A stretch of 64,000 nucleotides of DNA from Camelus ferus. Taxonomy: Eukaryota. Position 1 is the first letter of the stretch. Each line of letters starts with the position of its first letter. Position numbers and translations under genes: made by a program. The stretch is taken from positions 106,518,001 through 106,582,000 of the forward strand of contig NC_045696.1 in assembly GCF_009834535.1 (NCBI RefSeq). The letters run 5' to 3'. The notes under the pieces were generated by a model, which ran no database searches, had not been told where the DNA came from, and was given only the letters and a program-made list of their open reading frames with translations. Shown here one piece after another: positions 63,426-64,000 of the stretch.

Positions 63426-64000
63426 AAGCCATCATCAGTGGCTGTTAAAACTGGGACCGTGGACAGGACTGCTGAGAGCAAATCCAGAATACTAGGTTTA
63501 CTCTACAGGTCACCTGGAACAAGGCTTTGCCTCTTCCGCAGGGTAGCCCTTCAGGTAAGGGAAGATGAGAATCAGAAACTCCCCCGTGATGAACCACTCC
63601 AGTCTCTTCAAGGAACAATCCCCTCAGCTTTATCTTGTGAGTCATATTCCTTCTTTCTGGTTTTCCAGGTTTTTAAAATCCTGTTTATGATATGTTTTCA
63701 TCATCCCTCTGAACTTTATGTCATTCATACATGAACACTCAAGCATGGATTTCTTGCCTTATTTTTAATTTTTAACCCATTAGGCTCCTTTTTAAAGGAC
63801 ACTCATTAGGCAGAACTGCCAATGAGATTTTCCAACAACAATGACAACAAAAACTAAACTTAACTCTTCCACCAGCAGTTCTAAAGCCACTTCCTTAGAG
63901 CTTGTGACCAATGGAGAAAGACAAGGTCCCAGCATCCCCAACCCAGGAAAGAGAGGAGGGTGGGAAAACACTACACAAAGTCTTCGCCCGGCAATCCCAC

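Noticed and set aside
1872..63734. The many other 60-200 aa ORFs in the track
   Set aside because: No recognisable protein homology or exon structure; many use GTG/TTG starts and overlap repeats; expected by chance in mammalian DNA.
1..64000. A novel multi-gene system, CRISPR array or prokaryotic operon
   Set aside because: The window is mammalian intronic and intergenic DNA with one coding exon; no repeat-spacer array or gene cluster is visible.

Overview
Mammalian genomic DNA, probably camelid (camel/alpaca/llama): it carries three tRNA-derived SINEs that I recall as the camelid Vic-1 type, plus young L1 3' ends. The only protein-coding sequence I can support is the 220-nt first coding exon of claudin-18, stomach isoform CLDN18.2 (exon 1b, minus strand, 4208-4427), with a GT splice donor and a proximal promoter carrying CRE-like, GATA, KLF/SP, FOXA and TCF motifs. 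Bases 1-4207 are CLDN18 intron. The remaining ~59 kb is repeat-rich upstream DNA (L1, L2, MIR, MaLR/ERV LTRs, Tigger and hAT MITEs), which by human synteny runs toward SOX14. The other ORFs in the track look spurious. I see no new multi-gene system. The most notable items: a 126-bp inverted copy of local DNA pasted into a twin-primed L1; a 114-bp direct local copy 2.4 kb from its source; an unidentified polyadenylated retro-insert ~1.7 kb upstream of CLDN18.2; a CLDN18.1-type Ile69 in the CLDN18.2 exon; a strong CTCF site; and several motif-dense, repeat-free candidate enhancers. Repeat family names are from memory of consensus sequences, and boundaries without TSDs are approximate.
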